From: Eledone cirrhosa
Taxonomy: Eukaryota
Length of the DNA: 64,000 nucleotides
Assembly: GCA_964016885.1 (NCBI GenBank)
Contig: OZ024747.1
Coordinates: 37,262,001-37,326,000 of the forward strand
Direction: 5' to 3'
Shown: positions 45,310 to 58,740 of the stretch, one piece after another
How positions within the stretch are numbered: the first letter of the stretch is position 1
Layout of the letters: each line of letters starts with the position of its first letter
Program-made: the position numbers and the translations under genes
Notes under the pieces: generated by a model
Seen by the model: the letters and a program-made list of their open reading frames with translations, nothing else
What the model was told of the DNA's origin: nothing
The model's database searches: none

Positions 45310-45670
45310 ATTTTATTGCTAGGAACAGCAAGGTTTCTAAGGAAGGTGTTGGAAAGTTGAGGAAGAAGGAATGAACCAAAGGACCTTTAGACATTGGCTA
45401 TAGCTCGCTCTTTTGGTATAGTGTTGGTATAACATCTACCAGAGCAAAAGCGTTATGAGTAATAATATTAATAAGGGGGACAATAAAATGATCCAGTGTT
45501 AATAAGATCATCTCTGTGCAAATAAATAATAATAATAATTAGCCCAGCCTCCTTTCTGGGACATTTCAAAAGGCATGCCTACTGGAAACAGCAAAGACCC
45601 TCTCATATGTCCTGAATATCTAAGGCTGCTGGTAGAAGCTTGATGTTCATTAGGGCAAATTTTCCAGTTA
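45310..45670 (+). mobile_element. Two R4/Dong-like (RLE) non-LTR 3' ends with (AAT)n tails
   Basis: LLGTARFLRKVLES* and FQKACLLETAKTLSYVLNI*. An inverted copy of the first 3' UTR is at about 45739-45803. Confidence 0.55.
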
Positions 45671-45886
45671 AATAATTGCTTCTATTATTGGCACAAGGCC
45701 AGCAATTATCCCAGTGCATTACTGGTACTTTATTAATTAGCTCTGGTAGATGTTATACCAATACTATACCAAAAGAGCGAGCTATAGCCAATGTCCAAAG
45801 GGTCATTGGTCATTGGCCTTTGGGTCATTCCTGATTTAGATATTAAATTCATAATAAGAACAACAACAACAATATTAATAATAATA

Positions 45887-46068
45887 ATTGTTTCTACTTT
45901 AGACACAAGGCCAGCAATTACCCAGTACATTACTGGTACTTTATTTTATCGACCCCGTAAGGATGAAAGGCAAAGTTAACCCCGGCGGGATTTGAACTCA
46001 GACTGTAAAGGGACGTAACTATGCTAGAAAACATGGCGTCCGACCCTCTACCGATACTACCAATTCAC
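45887..46068 (-). mobile_element. tRNA-derived SINE, about 65 bp into the intron after exon 3
   Basis: Same family, within an (AAT)n context. Confidence 0.85.
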
Positions 46069-46132
46069 AATAATAATGACATAATAATGATGATAACAAT
46101 AAAGATAATAACCACAGAGATAAATATCTTAC

Positions 46133-46274
46133 CTGTGTTCGGATATCAAGTTTAAGTCCGCGTTTGTCAACTACGATAATGGTCAATATAGTCTCTAGAA
46201 CCAATGCTATAAATGTATTGAAGCCAAACACCAAAGCATATGACTGTGTGTCTAAGAATGTAGCAATCTGGTAC
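46133..46274 (-). CDS. SLC19A: SLC19A transporter coding exon 3 (142 nt)
   Basis: Acceptor tttgcAG, donor GTAAGA. YQIATFLDTQSYALVFGFNTFIALVLETILTIIVVDKRGLKLDIRTQ is a typical SLC19A TM11 segment. Confidence 0.92.
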
Positions 46275-47484
46275 CTGCAAATAAAAACAAAATATACATA
46301 AATATATGGTAATAGGAAGAGCATCCAGCCATAGAAATCTTTCCAAACGAAGGGTTAGGATGACCCTTTATTTAGGTTTTAGGTCAAGGACATGACAGCC
46401 TCCCTAGTGTTGATAATCTACACAATAAAAGCACTCAGTACATGTTGTAAAGTGGTTGGTGTTAGGAAGGGCATCCAGCTGTAGAAAGCTTGCCAAATAA
46501 AGAGTTAGGAGGACCATTTAGTTTGTGTCAAAAAAAAACAACTTCTGCACTCGATATGACCATACATAAACAGAATGTAGACCCCTCAGCCTGTCTGGGA
46601 GATCAGTAGCCCTGCTTCAGTACTGACTTGGTCTATGTAAACTTGTCTAACACTTGCTAACAAGGGAAGCAGATGTTAAATGATGATGATGATGATGATG
46701 ATGATGACGATGATGATGATGATGATGATGATGATGAAGATGATGATGATGATGATGACCAGCACCAACACTCTCTACTAAACACTATTCTCAAAGACTA
46801 CCACAATCAGCAACACAGCTAAGATTTAAAAAAAAAAAACTGTATAACTATTCAAATTTCTGACAACCTGAAACTTGTAATAAGTGATGTTTGTGGAGGT
46901 GGGAGTGAGACAAATGACATGAGATAATTGTGGTGTTAACTAACTAATGAGGTGAGGGGGTGACATGATTTCACACATATTTATTGGAATTGTGGTGAGT
47001 AATGACTAACGAGGTGAGGGGGTGACATGATTTTAGTTTATTTATTGAAATTTATATCTCTTACGGGTCTTTGAATAGTATCTATTGTACAGCAGGTAGT
47101 TAGGTAGTTGTTTATTTTTCACACTTTGTAATTTTAATCAATTAATTAATACAACAAAAGAACTTCTAATCACTACCAACACCACCACAAAACCAAATCA
47201 TAAAAAAAAAAAACAATATAAAATAAGATAAGACACGTTTATATTCTTTTGTAATCAATTTTAATTTATTTTCACTTGCTTTTTTTCACTTGATCAGTTA
47301 AAATTTAGCTTCTTTTGCAATTGTCTGTCTGGTGTATGTATGTGTGTATGTATGTATGTATGTGTATGTGTGTATGTATGTTCAATGGTGTGTATAGAAT
47401 TGTATATTTGCATATATATGTGCAAAAAATAAAAAATAATATTCATGTTGTCTTGATAATTTTTTTTTTTGTGTATGCATATAT

Positions 47485-47850
47485 ATCATCATCATCATCA
47501 TCATCACCGTTTTACGTACGTTCTTCCACGCTAGCATGGGTTAGACGGGTTGTTCTGTTGTGGGTAGTGTCCGGTTGGCTGACCTTGTCTTGCTCATACA
47601 GGAACTGATTTTGGCTTGATTTCTACAGCTGGATGCCCTTCCTAACACCATTTACAGTGAGTGCTGGGTGCTTTTTTTCCATGGCGCCTACACGTCCACT
47701 TTACAGTGTGAGCTGGGTGCTGTTTTTGCCATGGCACCTCCACGACCACTTTGCAGACGAATGATAGGGACCCAGTCCTATCATCTCATTTCTACAGCTG
47801 AGTAAGCTGGAGCAATGTGAAATTAAGTGTCTTGCTCAAGGAAACAAAAC
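47485..47850 (-). mobile_element. SINE-like element sharing the RTE 3' UTR and (GAT)n tail
   Basis: RTE 3' UTR joined to a non-RTE segment (ctgagtaagctggagcaatgtgaaattaagtgtcttgctcaagga). A second copy is at about 50870-51225. Confidence 0.7.
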
Positions 47851-48013
47851 AGTTTATTTCACATATATATATATATGTCTAACCCATGCAAGCATTGAAA
47901 ATGGACGTTAAATGATGATGATATATATATATATATATATAAAGAAAAAGAGATGAAATCGAAAATGCAACGGGAGTCTTATTTTTAAAAAATATATATA
48001 TATTTATTTGGTT

Positions 48014-48051
48014 CCTTTACCGGTTTCGCAGTTCTTCTGCTTTTCAAAAGG
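48014..48051 (-). ncRNA. Minimal type I hammerhead (U3-A8, palindromic stem III)
   Basis: ccuu-UUGAAAA-gcag aagaa cugc-GAAA-ccgg-UA-aagg; all stems pair. Confidence 0.82.
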
Positions 48052-48095
48052 TGAGTTGAGATGGAGGGTCTGTGGTTTTTCTCCATCTCAACTCA

Positions 48096-48133
48096 CCTTT
48101 TGAAAAGCAGACGAACTGCGAAACCGGTAAAGG
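48096..48133 (+). ncRNA. Minimal type I hammerhead (U3-A8, palindromic stem III), inverted partner copy
   Basis: ccuu-UUGAAAA-gcag acgaa cugc-GAAA-ccgg-UA-aagg. Confidence 0.82.
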
Positions 48134-48263
48134 AACCAAATAAATATATATATATTTTTTTTAAATAAGACTCCAGTTGCATTTTAGATTTCATCTCTTT
48201 TTCTTTATACTTTCACTCGTGTAGGACACCTCGGTTATTTTTCATTTTGTAAAAAAACCTCAC

Positions 48264-48318
<55 letters not shown>

Positions 48319-48525
48319 TCATCATAATCATTACCAGTTTTGCATACATTTTCTCTATAGGTTAGACGAGACTAATTCGATGCAGTTTTCAACAGCTGGA
48401 TGTCCTTTCTGACACCAACTCTAACATTTTTGTTTAAGTAAAGAAAAATATGTGTATCATCATCATCATCGCTGTCTAACATCCTCCTTCCATGCTATAT
48501 ATATATAGAGAGAGAGAGATTGAGG

Positions 48526-48588
<63 letters not shown>

Positions 48589-49084
48589 GTAAAAAGCTGA
48601 CCATGATACCTAGCAGTTGGGTTTTTACCTTTCTTATTACCCACAAATCTCGCTAGCACGGAAAATGGATGTTAAATGATAATGTTAATGGTGATGATGA
48701 TATACCATTATCATCATCCTCATCCATCTTCCTCTTTTAAAAAAAATAGCTTAATTGTATCATAACATCGGTCATTAAAAAGAAATGCTGAAATAGATTG
48801 TGATAAAAATACAAACCATCTTACCATCTGAAATTGACATTAGGCTGTCCATGTTCCACATCTCTGTCAAGCTGCACAACTCAACAGTCACATACTCTGG
48901 CCAGAAATTAGAGGTCACAGAGTCACTTAAAATAAAACTCTCCAGCTCAACGCTATCACATGAAAAAGACTGCTCTGCTGATCCCTTCCACTGATTTGGC
49001 ATCGCTTTCCCTTTTGACTTACAGTGTGTGACCCACTTTGTCAGGAATGTTCGACTGTGGTTTCAATGATGTGTGTGTGTGTGG

Positions 49085-49117
<33 letters not shown>

Positions 49118-51226
49118 TATGTGCGCGTGCATGTGTGTGTGTGATGCTGTGGGAACTAACCCATAGGAGATGCAGTAGAGGAATACCTGCTCTGACATTC
49201 ATCCATCAACTCTCAGATGATACAAAGCTCAGTAAGGAGCAGTTGGCATACTCAATGATAAATCGTGAAATGTGGAAAGACTTTGTCAAGAATATTCGAC
49301 TGTTTTCACAATGATGATTATAGAATCATCATCATCATTTTTACACCCATTTTTCCATGTTTGCATGGCTTATATTATTTATTGTATTATCATTATATTA
49401 CACTTATATCATATTATATTGTATTGTATTTTTATGTCATTATTTTTAATTCATACCTATTAAAATTTGATGAAGCATAAAACCATGATTGTTCTTAATT
49501 TCTTCAGAAAATGTCTAACAACTAAAATATTATAAAAGTAACTTCACTCAGTTGTAAAAGCAACAACAGTAACAACAACAATAACAACAACAGTAACAAC
49601 AGTAACAACAGTAACAACAGTAACAGCAATGCAGGGAGTAGCAACAATGAGAACACAACTAAATGAAAAGTAGTACCAACATAAAATAATTGAAACAATA
49701 AAATGATACATTGGCTGAGTCAGGTGGAAGGAATACCATAGAAGATATAATAAAGCTGTACACAAAGTAATGAGGAAACGTTAGAAATAAGTTGCTACCT
49801 AGAGGTACAAAACAAATATTCCAAAGAAGCATGAAAATATAAGAATTAGTCAAATTATTTTATGTCTGCAATACTACATACATACCACTTTTCTTCTTTC
49901 TCAACCATTCTATCACTTTTTCTCACTTCACACATATATTTATACTCTCTTCACTTTATTTATACTTTCTTCACTTTACTTCTTGCTCAATACTGACCAT
50001 TAAATCACATCCATGGGTACATTTACATTTAAAATATGGACACATTTGCATGCAGAGGGCAAGGCATCTTCTTTAGTGTGGGTGTCACAATAATATGCAT
50101 ATTGTCCATTCAGTAAAATTGCTAAGAAAGGGTTCTTTACTTTCATTGAGGATATGACAACCTTTCTAGGGCTGGTGCCATGATAAAATGCACCCAGCAC
50201 AGTCTTTTAAGTGAATTATGTTGAGAAGGATACTCAGCTGTAGAAGCCAAGGCAAAATTGAGCCATACAAGCAAAATGTGGTCTGTGGACTCATTTATCA
50301 AGGCAGAAACTCGAAATAAAAACTGCCTCAGAATGTAACAACCTGTCCAACCCAATTCCAGTATGATGGTGATTAATATATCATATGTGTGTATATATAC
50401 ATATATATATATATACACACACACACACATATGCATGCACATTCATGATGCCTCATATTCATTCAGCTTTGATGAATGCAACCTTGGCTAGGAGCAGTTC
50501 ATATGGACGTCCAACATTCATATAATATGTTGATTCCTGAGTTGTGTTGAGGGAACGTTAACTACAGTTAAAAGAGGACCCAATACATTGGTATTTCAGA
50601 AGAATGAAACAGGTCTCGTCCTGTAGAAGTCATTTCAATATAAAAAATGCCTATACACTACCAATGTATTGAGTCTCTTTTTAACTGTGGTTACCCCCTT
50701 CCCAGACACAACTCTGGAATCAACATATTATATATATATATATACATGTATGAATTTATGCATTGTATATTATTAAATACACAAGACATACATTCATATA
50801 TACATCGCTATTTCAGAGCTCCAACACAAATTTATATATATATATACATATATATATATTATATATATATCATCATCATCATCATCATTTTACGTCCGCT
50901 TTTCCCTGCTTGCAAGGGTGGGATGGGAACTGATTCTCGCTTGATTTCTACAGCTGGATGCCCTTCTTAACACCAACCTCATTAACAGTGAGTGCTGGGT
51001 GCTTTTTTTCCGTGGCGCCTACACGTCCACTTTACAGTGTGGGCTGGGTGCTTTTTTTGCCGTAGCACCTCCACGACCACTTTGCAGTGGAATGATAGGA
51101 ACCCCAGTCCTTTCATCTCATTTCTACAGCTGAGTAAACTGGAGCAATGTGAAATAAAGTGTCTTGCTCAAGGAAACAACACATCACCCGGTCTGAGAAT
51201 TGAACTCACAACCTTTGATTGTAAGC

Positions 51227-51263
<37 letters not shown>

Positions 51264-53909
51264 TACTTAGGGAAGGTCATGCTACCAGTATTGCCAATAT
51301 GTTCCTGCCTCTATATAGATATAGATATATATTTAGTCAAAAATACAGCGAAAGCTTATATTTCTACTAAATTTCAAACTTCGCTCACTGTTTCAAAACA
51401 AACTTATATATATATATAGAGAGAGAGGGGGCATATATATATATATATATATATAAATATATATTCTAAACATAGTAGACATAAAAAATGTACTAACATG
51501 TTTTCTTGATTTCATATTTTTTCCCTCCCATTCATTTATTTTTGTATTTCTGTTCATTAAATTCATCAAACAACTTTGCTAATTAGATGTCATCCTACAC
51601 CTTAATATCTTAAACTGATTGCTAAAGTATAACGAGTATATGTGAATATTGATGTATCTGAATCTATGTATACATGCCAGTGTATATATATATAAACATT
51701 GATAAATCTGTATCTGTCTATACATGCCAGCGTACACACACACAAACATACATATATATATACATTGACATATCTGTATCTGTGTACACATGCAAGAGTA
51801 TATATAAACATTGATAGATCTATATCTGTGTATATCTATAGATTATTAAAAAATAGAAAATCTTTATCTAGTCTGCACTAAGTTGAAGGAATGTTTTCAT
51901 TATGTATGTATGTATGTATGGGCGGGTCGTTGGCAACTAAACTGGTAACCCCCCCCCAAGGTTTCTTGGTGAGGAGGGTGACTTTGGACATCCTGCAGGA
52001 CTAAAAACAAAACCTGTCAAAGGGCAAAGGAGCTGTTAAGAGTCAATGGCCATCCAAAATCACCGGGAGAGATGATCCCTTAGCCTTTGTCAAGGCAGAA
52101 TTCTAGGAGAAGGAAAACTCTGATATAACACCTGCAACCCTGATGGTATCCAATGATGTTGACTTGTTCTTCTTTTTGGTAAATATCATCTCGGTTAAGA
52201 GAGTGGGACTGGCTTTGTGCAGTGCCTTTGCTCACTATAAAAGCTTCACGGCACAGGCATTGCTTTATATCTGGAGATCTCTCTGCACTTGTCGTCACAT
52301 GGTACCATGGGCCCAGCACTATGTGCCAATAATTGTCACAAGTGTAGTGTTTGTACCGGAGTTTTCAAGTCGCTGGCTCGACTAAAAAGTCACTCATTCA
52401 GCGCATCGGCAAGGGTTCTCCTACATGGATATAAAGTAGTGGCCGTACTCGAAAATGAATTAGCAGCCACCATGTATGTATGTATCTGTGATCAGGTTAC
52501 TCCTGAGTGCTACTGGCAACATGTAACCCAGTACAACCTATCACATGGTGGGGTCGTCAGCAACTAAACCAGCAACCGCACCAATCTTGGTTGATGAGCA
52601 TGGTGATTGGACACCTTGCAGGATGAAAAACAAGACCTGACAAAGTGCAGAGGAACTCATGAGAGTCAATGGCCATCCAACAGTGTGTACATATGTATTG
52701 TGTGGGTGTGTAAATGTGTATATGTGGGTGTGTGAGAGATTGTTTGCATGTGTGTATTTTCATTATTTGTTTTAAACTTTCAAACTTTTAAACTTTTAAA
52801 TAATTCTTTTATTTTTCATTTTATCTTATCTATCTATCTAACCTACTTATTATATAACTGGGAAAAACCTATGGCTGCTGCAACTACCTTTCTATATATA
52901 TATTTTTTTTCTTTTAGAGAAGGACATTCTGAAAAACCTGCAATTGATACAGCTACTAATCATCTTGCATATGCTTGTCATTAAATTATGGTTGTTGATA
53001 AGAGAGCTGCATGTGTGTAGCACAAGCACATGCTCCTTGTGTAGATATCTTTTCAACGTCCTGTGGCAATAGGGAAGCAATAACGTATACAGACCTAACA
53101 AGCTGGAGGTCTTGGTTGTCCATCGTAAACGATGATGACATCTTCTTCATTGTTGTTCCCATCTGCTGTGGGCGCGAAGGTGGCTGTGGAGGCTGATCCT
53201 TGACTTGTAGGTCCGGGGACAGTGGGGGCAGGGGAAGAGACCGGAGTCGCTTGGGGCAGCTGCTGGAGGTATGCAGTTGCTAATCTACATGTCGATGGCT
53301 TAAGGCTTATCTAACATTGATGCCAGTTTTCAGAATAGGAACTGGCTTGGGTGGAGTCTTTTGTGACTGAGCAGCCTTTTCAAGGGAGAACACTGCTCAC
53401 CTAAATATTGGGAGAAGTCTAGAAAAGGTGAGCCAAACATTGTCTGTTCCACCATCAAGCTGGTCAGCAACCTGCAACTGATGTCTGTTCATACTGCCAG
53501 GCAACACAAGAAGAATAGTAATTTTCAAAAGAACAGAATTGCACTGAATTGGGTCAGCAGAAACTGTGTAGATGCCCATAAGATAGGTAGTACTGCAAAT
53601 TGAAAGATCAGCTTTTTACAAATGATTAGTTTTACCTTCAATGTTATCTTTTAACAAACCTAAATGTGATACACATTGTCACACTGAGTTTGTCTGACAA
53701 TTACAATAAGCATACAGTGTAAGATTTAGAATATTCAACCACTTACACTATACACTATAATTCAATAAATAAATAGTTCTATTTATCAAACAACTGGAAC
53801 ACCTACACATCAAAATCATAAACAATTCTAACGCATTATGAAACAGAAATAAGACTGTTGTGGCGGTGTAAGTAGTTTTCATGGTGGTGGCAGCAACAGC
53901 AGCAGCAAC

Positions 53910-54021
<112 letters not shown>

Positions 54022-54094
54022 TCTCCCATAGAACAATTATATTAAATGATAATTTGATAATTCAATACTGGAATTCCAGTAATTAATTTCACCT

Positions 54095-54342
54095 AACTCA
54101 CAGACATATTCTTAAAATTACATACACACACAGACATATTCTTAAAATTACATACACACACTGACGTATTCTTAAAATTACATACACACACTGACGTACT
54201 CTTAATTTTACATACACACACAGACATATTCTTTAAATTACATACACACACTGACATATTCTTAAAATTACATACACACACTGACGTATTCTTAATTTTA
54301 CATACACACACAGACATATTCTTTAAATTACATACACACACA
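54095..54342. repeat. 30-bp minisatellite, about 8 units
   Basis: catacacacacagacatattcttaaaatta repeated head to tail with minor variants. Confidence 0.95.
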
Positions 54343-55681
54343 GAAGAGGTGCAGGAATTCTTCCAATATTCTTCAGTATTCTTCACTTAAGACGTGTCAC
54401 TGAGTAGCAGTAATAGCCGTGGTACCAGTTATATTGGGAAAGCAACAGTAATAGTAGTAGTAGCAGTAGTAACAACACCAGTAGCAACAGCAGCAGAACC
54501 ACCACCACCATCACAATCACCAGTACCAATATCATCACCATCACCACCACCACAATCACCACCACCATCATTACCATCCCCATCACCATCAGCACCATTT
54601 TTAAATTAAAGATATTAATTTAAATGAAAATCCTTTAAAATGGTTGGATCTATTTCATAGAACCAAAGCTGGTTTATGCCAGGTTCGTATCAAAAGGGTT
54701 AAATAAGAACCTCTTAAAATAGGTGATTTTGTTTTATAGTACCAGGACCAGTTTTGGCTGCATTGGAATCAAAAGGACTAAAGAATACATTGGATAATGC
54801 AGTCTTAGATACATTACATGTGAAAAAAGAGAAGAGATGATCAAGTTTGGAAGGTTTTTTTCATGGCAAATTTCAACAATGTGATGCCTTTCTTGATGTC
54901 AGCCCATACTTTTCAGTATAGTAAGAGATTCATCAATTTAATAGCACTTTGGAGACAAAGACATACACAATCACACACATATATATCTCAGGTTTCTTGA
55001 TCATGACAAATTGAGGACTACAAAACAATCTAAAAAACAAAAACAACAACAGATACAGACAGGCAAAGCTGTATGGTTAAGATGTTCATTTTAGAAATAC
55101 ATTGTTTGGGATTTAATTCTACTGCACACAGAGATGTAACTAGGAAAAATTGCGCCAATGGCATGCAGTGACATTGTGCCCCAGCCCAAACAATGACTCT
55201 CATCTTTCAGATAACCATAAAGTCCAAGTGGTGTCCCCATTCGAGTGGTACCTGTGACACATGCTATGCTTGCCATACCCTATTTACACCTCTGACTGCA
55301 CAACATCTTGCTTCAGTTGCTTCAAACAATGGAACTGCCTGCTCATGAAATTTTGGTGTAAATGGCTGACCATTCCACAGACAGGGTTACCATTACCGTT
55401 TTTATCAGGGAGATTCAATAGGAGACCACATATAACAAAGCTGGCCCCTTGAATTACAGTTACAATTCATTTTTTCAAGCAGAGTGGACTGGAGCAATGA
55501 GATATCTATCTCTTGTACAAGGACAAAACATGCTACCTTGACCTGTCTGGAAATCAAACTCATAACCTTATGATTGTTAGCTGAACACCTTAACCACTAA
55601 GCCACGAGGTTTCATGCTTTCAATGTACACACTGGTTAAAATCAGGTAATAATATATCAAAGTTTGAATGAACATACTTAC

Positions 55682-55874
55682 GTTGCTATGGTAAGCACAG
55701 TATTATAGCAAACACGTATGATTATATAACATACATAAGCTATCCATATTTTGGTAGCGAGAGCCATCAAAACCATCAGGCCTGATATTATGAGGTTTAC
55801 ACTAAATAGAAGCACATTTTCATAGCTATTCCAGTCAACTTTCACAAATCCAACACCAAAGGAAGTGGCAGCAC
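55682..55874 (-). CDS. SLC19A: SLC19A transporter coding exon 2 (193 nt)
   Basis: Acceptor ...aaaccAG, donor GTAAGT. Translates AATSFGVGFVKVDW...IWIAYVCYIIIRVCYNTVLTIAT. Phase 1 in and phase 2 out match the neighbouring exons. Confidence 0.9.
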
Positions 55875-56169
55875 CTGGTTTCAAAATATAAGAAGGAAAG
55901 AAAGAAAGAAAACTATGTTTGAAAGAATGAAGAATGAGAAGAGAACAGTTTATATGAGATCATCATCATCATCATCACCACCACAAACATTATCCTCCCC
56001 ATCATCATCACCACCACCACCACCACATGAGAACATCAATTATTATACCAAACTATGTCTTTGTTAAGTAATTGGCTGAAAATCATAAGCCACCATATCA
56101 AAAATATCACCTTTCCAGGAAATATCGTTGACAGATGGTATCCTGTAACATTGAATGCATTCAGGCATA

Positions 56170-56368
56170 CAAGGGCCAGCTGAAAAGTTCATAGGCTGAT
56201 TATGAAGGAGGGATGCTAGAGCTGTAAAATGCTGCATACATTAATTTCAATTCTTCTTATTAATAACTGCAATGTTTCTTTCCAGGGACTATGTTGAAAA
56301 ATAAACCTCATTTAGTCATTTCATGAGAGTATCTTAGTCAAATTTATGAACTTTTCAGCTGACCCTCA
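56170..56368. mobile_element. Mariner-like MITE
   Basis: TIRs agggccagctgaaaagttcata / tatgaacttttcagctgaccct with a TA flank. Partial copy at about 27386-27545. Confidence 0.75.
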
Positions 56369-56490
56369 ATATCAGTCACATTGTGGCTGATGTGGCCAAG
56401 GTTGACTTTTGTCTTTCCAGAATTGGTAAATGGCCCCATCTATCTATCAGTAAGTAGATGTTATTGACTGGTAAAATGAACTGAAGTAAT

Positions 56491-56677
56491 AATTGTTTCT
56501 ACTTTTGGCTCAAGGCCAGTAATTATCCCAGTGTATTACTGGTACTTTATTTTATCGACCCCGTAAGGATAAAAGGCAAAGTTAACCTCGGCGGGATTTG
56601 AACTCAGACCGTAAAGGGGTGTAACTATGCTGGAAAGCATGGCATCCGACTCTCTACTGATACTGCCAATCCACCGC
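56491..56677 (-). mobile_element. tRNA-derived SINE
   Basis: Same family. Older plus-strand copies are at about 20250-20380, 25680-25800 and 25958-26115. Confidence 0.85.
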
Positions 56678-56974
56678 ATAATGATTTCTTCTTCTTCTTC
56701 TTCTTCTTCTTCTTCTTCTTCTTCTTCTTGTCATATGACATATGCACAATGGTTAGAGAGACAGATCGAGACTGGTCATTTGTAGTATTATGGATTTCCT
56801 CCAGGCCACCCGGAAAATGCAGCACCATCTGGTCAGGTCCCTGCAGTCACATGTTGGGCTGTCTTTCATTTTCTATTGATGGCATGTGTTGTGCAGATCT
56901 AATTAAGTGACACCCATTGCTTTCTAGGAAGGTCATTGGGCTGGAAACAATGTTCCCACACAACTTTTCACATA

Positions 56975-57178
56975 CACCATATATATTGAAATATAAGCCA
57001 AGGAATATGTAACCCAACAATAGTAAAATGGGAGGTTGGCTTATATACGATATCTAAACAATGTGTTGATTAGCTGGCTTGATTTGTGAACGGGGTTTGG
57101 ATTTACACCTATTTCTCAGACATAAAATGGTGGGGTGACTTATATTCGGGTCAACTTATATTCAAGTATATACAATGG
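56975..57178. mobile_element. Decayed pogo/Tigger-like MITE
   Basis: Degenerate TIRs atatatattgaaatataag / cttatattcaagtatata. Confidence 0.45.
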
Positions 57179-57477
57179 TTATCTATCTATTCATTTATTG
57201 ATTTATATATTTATTTTTATAGAAGTAAACCAATATTTTTTCTAAGTATTATTGATTATTTTCATCATTTCAGAGCTTCTTATAAGTTCCAAAAAAATGT
57301 TGTCCAGCAAAAGATCCTCTCTCATGAACAGCTACACACATTGTTGCTGTATGGTTACAAGTCCAGCCTAAATGCTGGCCAATAACAATGTTGTATCAAG
57401 CAAGCATTTGGAGAAGAGGAAAATCGATTAAATCGACCCCATTACTTTATGGGTATTTTCATCTACCTTAAGGGTGA

Positions 57478-58740
57478 GTGACACCAGGGAAGGTCTATTG
57501 TCTGATGATCCTGAACCGCATACGTGGCATGGTAGACCGGGAACTGTGAGAACAACAGGCAGGGTTCCGACCAAAACGCTCCTGTGCAGAGCAGATCTTT
57601 ACGTTACGCCGCATCATTGAGAGGTACAACGAATTCCAGAGGCCCCTCGCCGTCAGCTTCATCGATTTTTCGAAAGCATTCGATAGCATTCATCGGCCGT
57701 CACTCTGGAGCATCATGCATGAGTATGATCTACCCCAGAAAGTCATTTCGGCAATCAAACAGATTTACGCAAACTCCAAGTGCTGCATACGGACAGAGGA
57801 TGGTTACAGTGACTGGTTTGAGGTGGTTACTGGTGTGCGTCAGGGTTGCTCGCTCTCTCCAATTCTCTTTGCCATAGCCATTGACTGGGTACTAAGAAGA
57901 GCGTCTAAAGACCAGGGTATATCTTGGGTGGGAGAGCAAAAGTTGTCTGACCTGGACTTTGCGGACGATATTGTTGCACTTGCAGAGAGCACAGCTGACC
58001 TGCAAATCATTATGAACAATATCAATGTCGAAGCAGGAAGCTTAGGTCTCAATATCAGTGCTAAGAAGACCAAAAGCATGTTATCTGGGACACACCCATC
58101 ACCAACTAGTGTTTTCATTGAACAGGGGGAGGTGGAGATAGTGGACAACTTCACCTACCTAGGAAGCTCCATTGACAATGGGGGCGCCATGGACAGTGAA
58201 TTGCAATGTAGAATGGGAAAGGCTTCAGCAGCATTTAACCAGCTTGTCAAGATCTGGAAGAGCAGGAAGTTCACCCTCAAAACAAAGATGAGATTCTACA
58301 ACAGCAACGTGCTGTCCACACTCTTGTACGGAAGTGAAACATGGCACCTTAAGACCAGCCAAGAGAAGAAGTTGGACGCATTCGATTCCAGGTGTCTGCG
58401 AAAGATCCTGGGGATTAAATGGAGTGACCATGTAACAAACCAGGAAGTCAGGAACTGCACCAACCAGCAGCTAGTCTCTTCTGCCATCTGCAAGCGATGC
58501 CTGGGCTGGTTTGGGCATGCTTTGAGACTTCCCCCGAAGAGACTGGCGAACCAAGTACTTAAATGGAACCCCAGGGAAGCAGACGGAGAGGGCGACCCAA
58601 AATGAACTGGCGCCAGACAGTTGAGAGGGACCTGCAAGCGACAAACAGATGATGGCGGGACGCTGTGCAACTGGCTGCTGACCGAACGCGGTGGAACACT
58701 ATGATTGCCCCATGCGTCGCAAGACGCGGGAGCTTCTGAG
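57478..58740 (+). mobile_element. Young 5'-truncated RTE-clade LINE (RT domain) of a different family
   Basis: QQAGFRP.RSC.EQIF, FIDFSKAFDSI, GVRQGCSLSP.LF, DFADD, LLYGSETW. 9-bp TSD TAAGGGTGA at 57469-57477 and 58741-58749. Confidence 0.9.

Larger units (their letters stand above)
47938..48270. mobile_element. Palindromic Penelope-pLTR/retrozyme remnant in (TA)n
   Basis: About 130-bp arms (47938-48066 / 48081-48209) with a roughly 14-bp spacer, one hammerhead per arm, flanked by TA repeats. Confidence 0.7.

Noticed and set aside
52200-52440. C2H2-like peptide (CSVCTGVFKSLARLKSH) as a host zinc-finger gene
   Set aside because: Isolated, frameshifted and without splice context; more likely a LINE 3' remnant.
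54095-54342. 30-bp array as a CRISPR
   Set aside because: Head-to-tail units without unique spacers, eukaryotic context and no cas genes; it is a minisatellite.
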